DNA of 63,491 nucleotides, counting the filler, from Octopus bimaculoides (taxonomy: Eukaryota), in assembly GCF_001194135.2 (NCBI RefSeq). It is 6 parts of 6 records of this genome, joined end to end, with 100 filler letters (N's around TTAATTAATTAA, not from the genome) between each part and the next. Parts side by side here need not be neighbours in the genome. Positions count along the whole stretch, not along the records: positions 1 to 28,433 come from NC_068981.1; positions 28,534 to 38,851 come from NC_068983.1; 4 more parts are not named here. One strand, written 5' to 3'. A model generated the notes under the pieces. The model was given only the letters and a program-made list of their open reading frames with translations, was not told the origin of the DNA and did no database searches. Positions 24,084-38,029 of this stretch are shown in pieces; positions within the stretch are counted from its first letter, which is position 1; each line of letters starts with the position of its first letter. The position numbers were made by a program, and so were the translations under genes.

Positions 24084-26904
24084 AACAACAAACAAGATGC
24101 GGACAAATATCCGTCAAATGTAAATAATCTAAATAATGTTTTAAGTATTTATTTTGGAAAGTAAGAAAAGAAAACTTGAATGATTTTTAAGTACTTTAAA
24201 TTAAAGTTTCAAATAATTGCATGTCTTGAAAAGCAAATAAGGCACCGACTTTTGCGTCATAATATATTAACAAATTTGGAGATAATCAAAGATTGCTTTA
24301 GGAAAACCACAAACAATCATACAGGTTTGTTTAAAGTTCGTTAAGATTATTTTAAACAATTATTGCGAACAATTAAATAAATTGGAAAACCAGCATTTGA
24401 TGTTGACAAAAAATGCGTTCAAAAGTGGCACTAGAAAGATTTTGGTGCAATAATTCAATAGAAAAGTGTAAGGAGGAATACCAATTCCAATTATTAATAC
24501 ATATCTTTCTACTGCCCAGCGTTCAACTAATGGTGAAAGATATTTTTCTATATTAATATCAATATAAAATCAAATCATTCTTTGTTCAAAATCTCTACCG
24601 TGAATATACTTTTATAGACAAAAGGATTCCTTTAAAACGGAAATTTTTCCAAATGAGAGAAAAAGCAAGAGAATGTAAGATATAAGTTTGAAGTGATATG
24701 TAAAGGGCACTATGATAAAAACTGCAATATTTAAAGAATACAGATTCATATAATGATGTTTGCTATTTCATAATTTTATTTCTCTTTCTATATTACGCAA
24801 GTTTACCAAAACCGTTGGCACGACACTTTTACAACAGAAAATGATTGCCTTTATGAATCAGGTGAACTCCTCTGAAAGAGGTTAACAGGAGTGAGACGAT
24901 GATCCTTGGAACGAACGATGCACTATATAGTGGTCTACATCAAGAATAGTATGGATATCGTGGAAACAAATTAACCTGAAAGTTATGCTAATCCTCGACA
25001 ATGGTGTTACTGTACAGTAATAAAAGATCTGTCCTCCAGTTGTTGCAAAATTAGTCACTCCCGCATCCTGAGTACCTTGTTTATGATGTCACTGCTATTC
25101 AGAGGTTATAAATGTAGGATGGATGACAGTCTTTGAAATAGCACTTCGACATTTCTTCTGCTTGCAGTTAGGCATTAATCTAGATCACTGCAAGAGATAG
25201 CACAGGTGGTGTGAAACCCTACTGCGCTCTTTGATTTGCAAAAATCTCAAATTTTCTGGTGCTTTTTCAACATTTCCAATGCTGGAAATGTATATTTGAT
25301 ATAATGTATAAAATGCATTATGTAAAATATTCACTTGAAGCCCAAAACGATCCAGCAAGTCAATGAATTATATATTTATTTTAATCCATATAATTTCTTA
25401 TTGAGAATAAATCTATTTTTCGTATGCTATTTCTATCTCAACTAAGATGACATTGATAATATTTAAAAAATATAAATTACTTGTAAAATAATAATTAATT
25501 AAATGGAATTGCTAATTTTTAAAATTTTGTGTTTTCTGGTAGATAGCTATGCCATTTAGTAACAGAAACAGAAAGTATAAGCATCAAATATCAATATATA
25601 AAAGACACCGATGCCAGCAATAAGGCTGGATACTCTTGCATTAATTAGATGTATTTAATTTAGAAAATATCTAAAATATTTGGCAAATGTGGAATTTAGA
25701 ATCGACTATAGATAGTGCTTCTAATGTAGTATTTTTTGTTCAGATTCCTCTTGGCATGTTCCAAGCTTAATATGATCATTTTGTATTGGTAAATATTGAA
25801 TGAATATACAATGAATGTAATGTAGTTTAATCCGGATGCACTACAAATTCGTTAGTGAGGATGAGATTTGCAGAAAATGCCTCTTCATAAAGTACGTTCA
25901 GATATATCTATATGTATGTGTATGAGTGTGTGCATGTGTGTGTGCGCGCAACCGCGCGCATATGTGTATGTTAGTTGAAGTGGTTTAGAGATTATATATA
26001 CTAACGAAATGAAGTCAAGATTTTGAAACAATCTATTTGTTTTGAGCTTTCGCCCCTTTGAGTGATTCTTCATGATGTTTTTAAAGAGAATTTTATATAT
26101 CTGTGAGTTAGTTGAAAAAATCTGGAGTTGAATTTGTTTTCTTGGATTTTGAGAAGAGGGTGTTTTGGGAGTGGTTGAAATATTCTTTGTCATTTTGAAT
26201 CTATATGTGTGTGTATATATATATAGATGTTTTTTATGTATGTGTGAGTAATTATGTGTGTAGTGAATTTTTTCAGGCTTGGTTAGAAAGAGAAAAGGAA
26301 ACAAAAAGAAATAAATAAATGTTTTTAATTCAGATGGTTGAAATTGACGATGAGTTAAAAAGGTAAAATGTTTGTATCAATTGCAATATCATTTAATCAT
26401 TGTTTGACTGACAGTATTTTTGGTCAGTTGCCATGTTGTCCATATGGAGAATACAGATTTTAAAATCTGCATGTGTATCTTTGGGTTTAAAAGTATGTGT
26501 GTGAGGGAACGTGTGTGTGTGTGACAGAGCGTGTGTGGGTTATGTGTTGTGTGCTTAACTGAATTTTTTCCAGTAGTTTTAGTAATGTTAATGTGAACAT
26601 TATGAATCATATTCAGTGGAATCTGGCTTAGTTCTTCTTGGAAACTAGTGTGTTTAATAAGGATTTCTCACGTATTTATAAATACATCATTATTCCTATA
26701 GTTTGGGCCAAAAATTTATTATAAAATGTAGTTTCTATAACACAGTGTCTAAAAAAATTTATTGAAACTGATAAAAAAATTTGAACTTTTGATCTGTCAC
26801 AAATTTCAAAAATCCCCCAAATCATGCCTTTCGTTCTTTCTCTCTTTCATCCTTTCTTTAATTATACCTACAAACATTATTCTAATTCAGTTGGCTTGTA
26901 TTTC

Positions 26905-27290
26905 AAATTTTAATGATTTTTAGAAATGTTGAGTGAAACTTATGGCTATAGGAGGCGATCGCGTCCGGAAACTTATTTAACATATTTGTCTTATATGATT
27001 TAAGGATTAGATACGATTCCTTTACATACAATGTACACATATGAGAACCATTACCATATGGAGGAGCTCTCGCAACTATGGAGCATGTCAAGCCATAAGG
27101 CAAGTTTAATTATATATATACCGCTAAGGTAGTGGAATTCTTATACTTACAGTTTGAAAAAGAATTGAGATGGGCCCTACATCTCCTTTTGAAATCTATC
27201 GCACAACTTATATATATATATATTGCAATAAGAAAATGGAGGGGAATAGGTGGTATTCATCAACTTGCAGACCTTGTATTGTGTCAATTT
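26905..27290 (-). mobile_element. Penelope-like element GIY-YIG C-terminal fragment
   Basis: YIYISCAIDFKRRCRAHLNSFSNCKYKNSTTLAVYI ... CSIVARAPPYGNGSHMCTLYVKESYLIL ... NMLNKFPDAIASYSHKF. Confidence 0.75.
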
Positions 27291-27298
27291 ACTTGATT

Positions 27299-27668
27299 AT
27301 TTGTTTACTAAAAGGACAATAATAACAATATACAAACACATGTGCCATATTATGTCATATCAGTAATTAACAAATGACATATAGTGACCGAAAATGGGAT
27401 AATGACTTACAGCTGTTTCAGTCTAGGGTGACATGCCTCATTCTATCTATATCACTCCAGTAGACTGAAGTAATTAATAGATGAAATAGATGAAATAGAG
27501 GTACATGGTTGATTCTCTAGGCCTCTTAAGAGATTTTATAAAGATCATAAGGTTAAGTTAAATTAGTTAACATATCCTAATATAATAATATTAATAATGC
27601 TTGCAATATGAATAAGAACATTAATAATAAGCCGCCACTGAATAGAATTTGTAACTACAGATCCCCCA

Positions 27669-27699
<31 letters not shown>

Positions 27700-27838
27700 T
27701 GTGTGTGTGTGTGTGATGTGCGTGCGTGCACGTGAATGTAATTTTCTGTCACTATATGTCATTTTTTAATTACTGATATGACATAATATGTCACACGGGT
27801 TTGTATATTGTTATTATTACCCTTTTAGTAAACAAATT
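27299..27838. repeat. Inverted repeat with arms of about 97 bp (27299-27395 and 27741-27838) and a spacer of about 345 bp
   Basis: TTGTTTACTAAAAGG...CATATCAGTAATTAACAAATGACATATAGTGACCGAAAAT versus ATTTTCTGTCACTATATGTCATTTTTTAATTACTGATATG...CCTTTTAGTAAACAA, with few mismatches. Confidence 0.9.
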
Positions 27839-28533
27839 ATATATATATAATCATAAATATATAAGGATTAGCAGAAAACCTGCTTCTCCAACATAATGAG
27901 AATTCAGAAACAGCAGCCAAAGAACTACTGATTCTAAAAACTACAAATTGTTCTCTAATTGATAGCGATATTCATGGTATACACAGAACTAAAGACAGAA
28001 GAGAAGAGTAAAAAAAAAAAAAAACTTGCCTTTAATTAATTTGGTACGAATCGTTTCACGATTAGTGGTAAGAAATTACCTCATTTCGGTCTTCAGCCAA
28101 ATATTTTAATAAATTTGCCAATGTCTAAATAACCCACGTAAATTTTGACCATGCGACATCAAGACCACGTGAGGCAGACATTAAGAAATTTATCGGCCAG
28201 TGAGTTTAAAATCTCTCACCCTAACGAATTCAATTCAGTGTGTATCATAAATAGTCCCGCATAGAAAAAAGTCCCGTACGACCTGTAGCGGTTTAGCTGA
28301 CCATCTTAGAGGTATTACTAAATATAGATATACAGGGCAGGGAATCGTCAATTAGTAATAAAATTAATAATTAACAATTATGCCGGGTAGCTCAGTATGA
28401 AAAAACCTTTTCGGTAAAGCCATTTATAATCATNNNNNNNNNNNNNNNNNNNNNNNNNNNNNNNNNNNNNNNNNNNNTTAATTAATTAANNNNNNNNNNN
28501 NNNNNNNNNNNNNNNNNNNNNNNNNNNNNNNNN

Positions 28534-28564
<31 letters not shown>

Positions 28565-28566
<2 letters not shown>

Positions 28567-28715
28567 GACGGGTTTCTGTCTACCAAACCCACTCACAAGG
28601 CTTTGGTCGGCCCGAGGCTATAGTAAAAGTCACTTGGTATAGGTGCCGCGCAGTGGGACTGAACCCAGAACCATGTGGTTGGTAAGCATGCTATTTACCA
28701 CACAGCCACTTCTGC
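28565..28715 (-). mobile_element. SINE family B 5' half next to (AT)n and a gap
   Basis: Reverse complement of the 1746-1872 sequence. Confidence 0.8.
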
Positions 28716-29834
28716 GCGTATATATAAGTATGAAGTTCTCTTAAATTGATATGTTTTATATCTGCATTGTTTTCGAAAGCCTGCACTGGAGAGAATATGG
28801 ATGATATTCATAGGTTGCGGCAAATGGAACAATAACAAACAAGAACAGGGACTATCATGTGACTGTACTATATTTCGAACTTATTGCCGTAATGTCTGCA
28901 ATATGTGAAAGATTGCATTCGGTCGCGCGTGTTTAGATAGAAAAGAGGCTGTCGTTAAGTATGTAAGATTTAAGGTGAATCTTCTACTCATATAGTTGTG
29001 ACCTAGGGTTAAACAATAACAACAATGACAAATCAACAGAAACAGAAAGTAACTGTAAGTATTGGCTAACAATCTATAAGCCTTATCAGATAGCAAATAG
29101 ATTTCTTATTTAGCAACAGCGTAATACGTATCCAGACTTACTCGTTGAAATTACCAGACCAATATTTGCTGTATTTAATATCAGCATTGCGTTATAGCAG
29201 TGCTGCAAATTACACTTTATTCTTGACATCTGAAAATTAAGCTTGACACTAGTGTCTACTTTTTTCTAGAAACTTCCATAAGGGAGGCATTTAACCGAAA
29301 TTTTTTTTATCGATTTCAAGATTTATGTATGCTATAAACGCTGTGTCATTTATTGCTCTGAAGGTAGTTAAATCACTTTATTATAGATAATTGCTGCTTT
29401 CTTTCAGCTCTTTTACTGAATCTCCAACCGTCCCTAAGAACTATCAATAGCAGCACACGTGCTATCGCTTACCTCGGGGCAGCTAGTGTTCTTAGTACTA
29501 CCCAAGTACGTATTGACTCTAATAAGGTATTATGTCTCGTTTACCTCTACCTCGAAGACATTAAACTTTGAATACACATCATCTTATCTTTGACACTAAT
29601 ACTCCAATAACTAGAAAACAGCAATATGTCAATATGTACGTATAAATATATGTGTATGTTCTTTTATAATGTGTGTGCATGCATACATTTTTATAGACAT
29701 TTCCTATTTTATTAATACTGTTGCCCCAACCGCCACTACGAAAAAGTTAAAATCTACAGATAACAACAGGTAATCGAAACTGTGCCAGGGCTTTACTCAT
29801 CATCCGTTTATAAATATTTTGTACAATTTCTCCA

Positions 29835-29902
<68 letters not shown>

Positions 29903-29906
<4 letters not shown>

Positions 29907-31122
29907 TGAACTATGAAGAATTATGCAGAGTTTGGAATATGTCTAAGCATATTTTTGCAATTGTCTGATAATATAGATGTAGACTTGCCCAAATGCATCA
30001 ATAAATTAACCTCGATATTTCTTTCACCGTTGTTGAAAATCATCTGAATATCAAAGGGCGATATTCAAGCAATTTTCCTATTCAACTTCAAAAAAAGGGT
30101 GTAAAGCAGCTGAAACTGCTCGAGATATCAAAGAAACGTTTGGTGAAGAAATGACCAGTGAGTGGTCATCTTGAAAATGGTTTAAATGATTTTGCAGTGG
30201 CGATCTGAGCCTTGAAGATTGCGAGCGTACTGGACACCAATCTTCCATCGATGACGTTCAATTAAAGGCCGTCATTGAGAAAAATCCACGCAAAAAAATC
30301 GAGCACTGGCAAAAGAACATCAAATTAGCCAGAAAACTGCCTGCATTCATTTGCATGCGATCGGAAAATCAAAAATGCTTGACAAACGTGCACCACTCTA
30401 TGTGAAAGAAAATCAGAAAATACATAGATATGAAATTTGGTAGTCGCTTCTTTTCCATAACCAGATTGATCTATTTCTTGATTGTATTGTAACTTGCCAT
30501 GAAAAGTGGATTCTGTACGATAATAAAAAACGTTCATCGTAGTGGTTGGACCAAAATAAAGCGCAGAAAACCTTCCCTAAACCCGAGCTCTCAAACAAGG
30601 TTATGGTGACTGTTTGGTGATGTACTGCTGGACTTATCCACTATAACTTCTTAAAATCCGGATAAACCACATCTGCAGAAACATATTGCCATGAAATTTA
30701 CAAACTGAATGAAAAACTGCTACTTCTCCGTCCCAGACTGGTCAGCAGAAAAGAGTCAATCATTCTTCATGACAACACTTGACCACACGTTTTACTAATG
30801 ATGCTCCAGAAATTGAGGGTACATGGCTGCGACGTTCTTCCCGCCCAGCTTCTTACCAAGACCTTTCTGCTACCGTCTGCCTTTTTTCAAGCACTGTGAT
30901 GGTTTCCTGCGAGAGAAGGACTTCAAGAATCAAAACGATGCTGAAAGTGCGTTCAAAGAGTTCATCAGCCCCAGAACTCCGGAATAAACAAACTTGTAAC
31001 TCGTTGGCAAACATGTTGAGTGTGATGGCACTTGCATTGATGAATAACATTTCCGCATTGTTGAAATATATCGTGATGAATTTCATATTTCAAAACGTTA
31101 CTTACATTTTACATAGCCTGCT
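29903..31122 (+). mobile_element. Near full-length decayed mariner (DD34D, Hsmar/SETMAR-like) transposon
   Basis: KAAETARDIKETFG, IVTCHEKWILYDN, KVMVTVW, IILHDNT*PH and DLSATVCLF motifs, with stops and frameshifts. The 3' terminus ...TTACATAGCCTG matches the copy at 42742. Confidence 0.9.
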
Positions 31123-32039
31123 ATGTATATTAATAATTTGTTCAAGCACAGTGACATTAAAAATCTAGATTTAGAATCCAATGTAAAGCAGATAAGTACA
31201 GAGCGTAATAAGAAATTGCATAAATAACAACGTAACAAGGTAATGAATTTCGTAAACTTACAACTGTTTCTGATGTAAGATGCAACGCAGTCATAGTAGA
31301 GTGTTTATGTATCACATTATATCTTAAGTTGGACCTTTAAGAATGACGTGCAATTTTGTTTGAGAAAGCATTAAAAATCCGACAAATCTATAACATAATA
31401 CACAATCACTGTTCTATGTGTATGTATCTATATATTTTCACTCATGCACACACGCATACACATAACTTTATGGAGTCTTTATATTACGCAGTTATATTAT
31501 CATGTTCTACTATCACGCTGTAAATATCGATATTTAGCATTGTACTATTCGTCAGATATTTAGAATGACAATACTAAAATGCATACATTACACCTTTACG
31601 GCTGTAGTATCGATATGAGGGAAAATGCATGACGCGATTTCAGACATAAACGTGTTCTCTATTGAGAGTATCATTCTGTGACTTCTCTATTAATGTTTCC
31701 ATAAATTTGATACTGTTTACTTCAAATCTTCTTAATTTGTTCAGTAAATACTCATACTAAGATTAAGAGATTCTTGTGTATGTATACCTGTGCACTTTTG
31801 CATTTGTTTTATTCCTTATATTGGCAAATATAAAAGAAAAATATATAGATGGACACACACATATACCATACCTTCATATTTTAACGTTCAAAATGAGAAT
31901 CATGGAATTACATGAATACACACACCTAAGTAACTGACAGTTTACTGTTATGTTAATGGTGGATAAGCCACCGGCATTGATTATTATGGTAGTGGGTAGA
32001 GAGGGATGCAGAGAAATATGCGGTTAGACGGAATGGGAG

Positions 32040-32250
32040 AATGATAATGGTTTGAAATTTTGACACCAGGCTAGCAATTTCTGGAGAGGTATTAAGTCGA
32101 TTGCATCGATCCCAGCGCTCAACTGGTTCCTTTCTTATCGACCCTGTAAGAATGAAAACCAAAGTTGATGTCAGCAGAATTTGAACTCAAGAACATAGCG
32201 AAAGATAAAATTGCGTTAAGCTAACGATTCTGCCATCTCGCCGCCTTCAA
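32040..32250 (-). mobile_element. SINE family A
   Basis: Reverse-complement similarity to 16252-16465. Confidence 0.75.
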
Positions 32251-34328
32251 TGAGAGAATGATTTTAAGATGGAAAGACATCAGGCAGCCTCGCATTTCTA
32301 AGATTCCAGCGTTTTAGTCCTCTTTCTCTCCTTCTTTCTTTCTTTCTTTCTTTCTCTCTCTCCCTCTCTATTTTTCTCTGTATATCAATTCACCATTATG
32401 AAAACCAACTTCACCGACGACATTTCGTCCACTAATAGCACCTTAGTAACCAAAGCAACTCTCTTTGCCTCTACAATAACTATTTATTTCTAACAACTTG
32501 AGCTACTTCCCTCAGGGTTACACACATTTCATGGAAGATGGAACATAATTATTATTATATAAATATTCAAAGCAACGGAAGTTATGCTCCGTTGGAGCAG
32601 TAGATGTGGATTGAATTCACAAAGCCTAACTAATGTATGTAACAAAAATCTATAAGAAAAGGAAGATTCATTCTGCATGTAATCCAAGTTATACATTCTT
32701 GCCATATTTTACTAAATAAGGTTTTATTTGGGATTAATCAACCATACTTATTACCGCCAATCAATGGACTAATACTATAATATACAACGGGATATTCCTC
32801 TTAAGAACAAGAAAATATTTTAGAATCCAACAAATACCGGCCCTCGAAATCTCTAAAAGTCCCAGACCATCTCCAACAACGAAATAACTTCCTCACACGT
32901 GTGGAAATACTGATGATACATGTTGAGATAACCAAGACCGTATCCAAAGAAATGAACTTCGTTGAGCGTCATTAATTCTCTCACTATGCTTTCTAAACTT
33001 TGCTTACATAAGAGTTTTCTCGCTTTCAAGTACCCTTGCAGCTACGGGCGGTGTTCGGTACAGGGTGCCACCGCAACTCTGGCTCTATTCGTCTGCCCAC
33101 AAAAAATGCACCCTCCACTATACACAAACCGAGGTCATTATTATCTTCTCTTTACGATGTGTGTTTATTTCCCTAAACTGAATTTTCTAACCATTTCTAT
33201 CGTCTGAATTGAATACTTTTATATTTCTCTTGTTGTAAAAAGCATCTATATATTTAGCGAAGACAGAACCAGCGTGCAAATATGTGTGAAAACCATATGA
33301 ATCTGTGATACGACACTTCAAAGGAAAAAAGAAAAGAAATGACAGATTAACATTTTGAAAGTCTCTCTTGTAACTACAAATACATTTGTTCGAGGTGTAT
33401 ATTAGTTTTTTAGAATATTTAATGATTGAAATTACATGACGCTGCTCCGAGCAGTAGCACTCAAATTTTCATGGTTAACTTTCTACTCCGAACTAAGTGA
33501 GTGACCCGGAGCAACTTAAAAGCATTACATCATTAAAGGAAAAATTATATCACCCGGTTCTGAAACTCCATGACTCTTGCAACTTGGACAAACAAGTGAA
33601 CATAATTATGGATATCATCGATTTAACTAATACAAATTAATTTGCATACGCTATTAAAGACTTGATGTAAAATCAAATCAATACGGTTTAAATTTGTATA
33701 TCCATTATTTCATATAATTTTCAGCTACAGCGTCTGAAATGCTAAGATGGGTGTTTTCAAACCAGAATTACATATTGAAAATAACGCGTCTTCTCTTTCA
33801 AAGCATTTTAAAAAGTGTCATCGTGAAGTTTGTGAATTGTATTGCAGATAGACGAGGGGAGTAATTCATTCGAATTTTTCTAAGGAAAATTAGGTGGGTA
33901 AGTTTTCGTATATTTTGCTTATAACCGTTTTCACTAATTTTGAAAATGTTAAATAAATAAATTGCTTTCAGTGTATGGATCGTGCTAGATATAAAATCAA
34001 AATTGAAATGATTACGTGAAAGGATCAAAATTTTCTCATGAAAATTATTGGCTCAAATGAATTGGCTTCGACTTCAAATCGAAGAATTGTAAATTGGATT
34101 CATTGCTAATTTGTTCCGAATCAACGGTGCCCATAAGGCTAAGAAGACAGCTCTTGATATTTTCCGGAAGTCTTAATGAAGGACAGAGTTTTACTCTATT
34201 AAGAGACACTGTCCCGATACATTTAATGGTCAAAATAGGTAATGAAGTAGGAATCGTAATTAAATGAGAATTAGATAGAAGCAGAAACTCCTTTTAATTG
34301 TATAAGCTCAAAAATAATTATTAAATTG

Positions 34329-34360
<32 letters not shown>

Positions 34361-34604
34361 NNNNNNNNNNNNNNNNNNNNNNNNNNNNNNNNNNNNNNNN
34401 NNNNNNNNNNNNNNNNNNNNNNNNNNNNNNNNNNNNNNNNNNNNNNNNNNNNNNNNNNNNNNNNNNNNNNNNNNNNNNNNNNNNNNNNNNNNNNNNNNNN
34501 NNNNNNNNNNNNNNNNNNNNNNNNNNNNNNNNNNNNNNNNNNNNNNNNNNNNNNNNNNNNNNNNNNNNNNNNNNNNNNNNNNNNNNNNNNNNNNNNNNNN
34601 NNNN

Positions 34605-34642
<38 letters not shown>

Positions 34643-36499
34643 TGTGCATGCGTCTGTCTGTGTGTGTATGTGTGTGTGTGTACCTGTGTATGTAGAGATA
34701 TGAATGACTCAACAAGAAAGTTGGGTCAAAAATTGTTCACCTGAATACTGAAAATTTTAGGAATCAAGTCTCCAATAGTGTTTCCTTTTTACGTTATATC
34801 CTGTGGCAATTCCGATTACAGACACTAATAAAAGGAAACATGGATGATAAATAAACGAGTTTTCTCATCAGTCTCCGTTTTCCAAAAAAAAATTTAAAAA
34901 ATAAAAACGAAGACAATAATATAACATTTCTTGCAATTTAAATTCAACACTAAACTATTGAATGTTCCGCGCGCTGAATATGGAAGTTATAAAATTTTTT
35001 GAATATTCCCCGTAAATGTTTGAGCTATCATAAATTATAACAACCTAGCATTCATTATATTTAATAGCACAAAGTCTGACTCCTTCTCAATGAACGTTGT
35101 ATGATGAAATGAACGACAATCATCGAATCTTATACGTATATATTCAATGTGATGTAATAAACAGCTTCATTATTATGAGATAATTCTTTCTTTGAATCTA
35201 GTTTACTATTACGATGACATATATTTTGCCAAATACAGTAATTTTGGAACCGTGAGGGTCCTCTGTTTAAATGCTTTCAAACAGAATATTAAAAAAATTG
35301 TTACATATATGGTCAAGTTCACTTCTAAATCACAATTGTGTGAAATTAGCTTAACAATAAAAAAGCTTACCATTTTTACACTTCGCACGTCTAATAAGCG
35401 GTGATGTTAAATGAGAAACTATCCTCATGTGTTGCAGCATTCTTGGTGTTTTAAAAATGTGGAGAAATAACCGACAACTAAGCATATCATTTGCAGAATC
35501 TCTTGCATGGAGGGTACCATATCACCAAACACTGTTTTTACATATAAATATATTCTCTAATAATGCATATATATATATATATATATATATANNNNNNNNN
35601 NNNNNNNNNNNNNNNNNNNNNNNNNNNNNNNNNNNNNNNNNNNNNNNNNNNNNNNNNNNNNNNNNNNNNNNNNNNNNNNNNNNNNNNNNNNNNNNNNNNN
35701 NNNNNNNNNNNNNNNNNNNNNNNNNNNNNNNNNNNNNNNNNNNNNNNNNNNNNNNNNNNNNNNNNNNNNNNNNNNNNNNNNNNNNNNNNNNNNNNNNNNN
35801 NNNNNNNNNNNNNNNNNNNNNNNNNNNNNNNNNNNNNNNATATATATATATACATACGTACATACATACACACACACACACAACAGCAGCAACAACAACA
35901 ACCAGAACAACAATAATAAAGCAAAAAAACTAGTAGAACAGGAAGGTATCATCGAAAGTAATAATTCGAAGATCCTATGTAGTTTTATGATTCACTATGA
36001 TCATGCGATAAAGAATAGTATTAACTGAGAATGAAAGCAAACCATGCTGGATCAGAGATATAGCATGCCAACCTAACAACAAGGTATGTGATAAGGAAGA
36101 CAGTAAAGTCGTTAGATATAACAGGTTACCTTGGGAGGTTAAGCAGTTATTGTCGATAAAAAAAGGTGGTTGTAGTACCAATAATTGTACGAGCCCTTTG
36201 AACAGTGCGTAAAAAACCTTGTAAAGTACGGGGAACAAATAGGGGGTGCAATATAGGTGAAGCACTTGCATAAAACAGCACTGCTTGGAACCGCTTGAAT
36301 ACTCCGGATGGTGCTCGAAAAATATGGTGTTACTTTAGTTCACTCGTAGGGACGGCAAAAGGGCAAAAGCTCGCTCGATTTCGATTTTCAGTATGAAGGC
36401 TCTATCAAAAGATCTTTGAAAATTATTTGTCAGTCAGATCGATTCTGTCAATCAGAGTGCTAGTCTATGACCTATTTTTTGTCACCAGAATAAAATTAG

Positions 36500-36542
<43 letters not shown>

Positions 36543-37965
36543 CGCGCATATGTGCGTGTGTGTATATATTGATATATATATAAAATACATACGTATGTAT
36601 ACAAACACACACATACATACACAAAACACACGCACACACACACATATGCATGTATAAATATTAAACATGACCTAAGATATGTGTTACAGTATTATATATG
36701 AAAAGTGAAACAGCATTATGTCTGAAATTACACGTGAAAAAATCAGTTTATTACCAGAGGTTTTATTTGTAGGAGCGTTACCAAATTTCGTAAGGACAAG
36801 GAATTTGAAAATACCGTTGGGTTTTCCGTCATTCTCACGAATAAACCCAAAATAATAACAATAAAAAATATTACTAAGTACCCGAGCTGAAAATGTTGAA
36901 TCTTTGGTAGAAAATCTTCTTCAAACCCGTTAATTTTAAAGTCATAATCTGTCCCTTAAGATATATTACTTTGAATTCTTACCCAGACATTTTGATGAAA
37001 ACAAGTGGACAGTGAGAGACGGGGAAAGCAAAATATATGACAACTCTTACCATTTAAAATATTTTATAGATTGAGCAGATTCCGTTAGTGTTGGGGTGTG
37101 ATTGAAACATTCTACTGAAAGATGTCAATGACATTATTTACGACTAACCAGTATAGCCGTGGCAAAGGTGTAAATTATAGTGTTCTTTATTGTATATAAT
37201 ATCATGTATTATATAACAATCCTTCTTGTTAAAATTTTAAAATTAATTTAGCGTTGTTGCGTGTCATTTATTGAAATAGCTCCGTGTTAATTTGTCATAA
37301 TATTTCTATAGACGTTTTAAAAAGTGAAATGATCATTGTCTTGTATCTTCAAACTCTAAGCCAATGCTAAAAAATTAAACAACTCGATTTAATAATTGCC
37401 AGAGAAATTACTCTTTTAATTGTTACATTCTTTATTGAGGAATGCAAAGCGATTTAGATTTAATTAAGTAGTTATTTAGATATCCTATTGAAAATTAAGA
37501 ATTCTGAATTCAATTCTTGACTAAATTTCGAAAACGAGCATGATTTGCGTAAACAGCGTAAAAAAAATGTAAATTTACTGGCTTCTTCACGGCTTCGCTT
37601 GGGACTAACGAGTGTGAGTACAATCTCTATTTTCCAATCAACATCAAGGAATGCCTGAAAATGTTTAATGATATACTCATTAACTTATATAAACAGTGCT
37701 GCTATATTATAGGTACTCAAAAAATATATAAAATCAAATTTACGCAAGGATTTGTTGGGATTCTCTTTCGCAAATTGTTTTACCGAATTCAGCTGTTATT
37801 GTTGTACTAAAAGTAGGATATGTAAAACCATAATATATACGAGTATATGTGGTCATTTGCCTTTGCTATTTGATGTTTAGATAGATAGCTAGCTAGCTAG
37901 CTAGCTAGCTAGCTAGCTAGATAGATAGATAGATACATTTCTTTTATTAGCCACANNNNNNNNNN

Positions 37966-38028
<63 letters not shown>

Positions 38029-38029
38029 G

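Noticed and set aside
26040-26080. Minus-strand ATGAAGA...CGAAAGCTC
   Set aside because: C3 is missing and there is no stem I pairing.
28478-28489. TTAATTAATTAA flanked by Ns, also at 38896, 41704, 59489 and 61600
   Set aside because: An identical palindromic all-frame-stop 12-mer centred in N runs is an assembly linker, not biology.
29472-29609. Minus-strand segment with a strong acceptor and GAG|gtaagc donor
   Set aside because: All three frames contain stops, so at most it is a non-coding exon.
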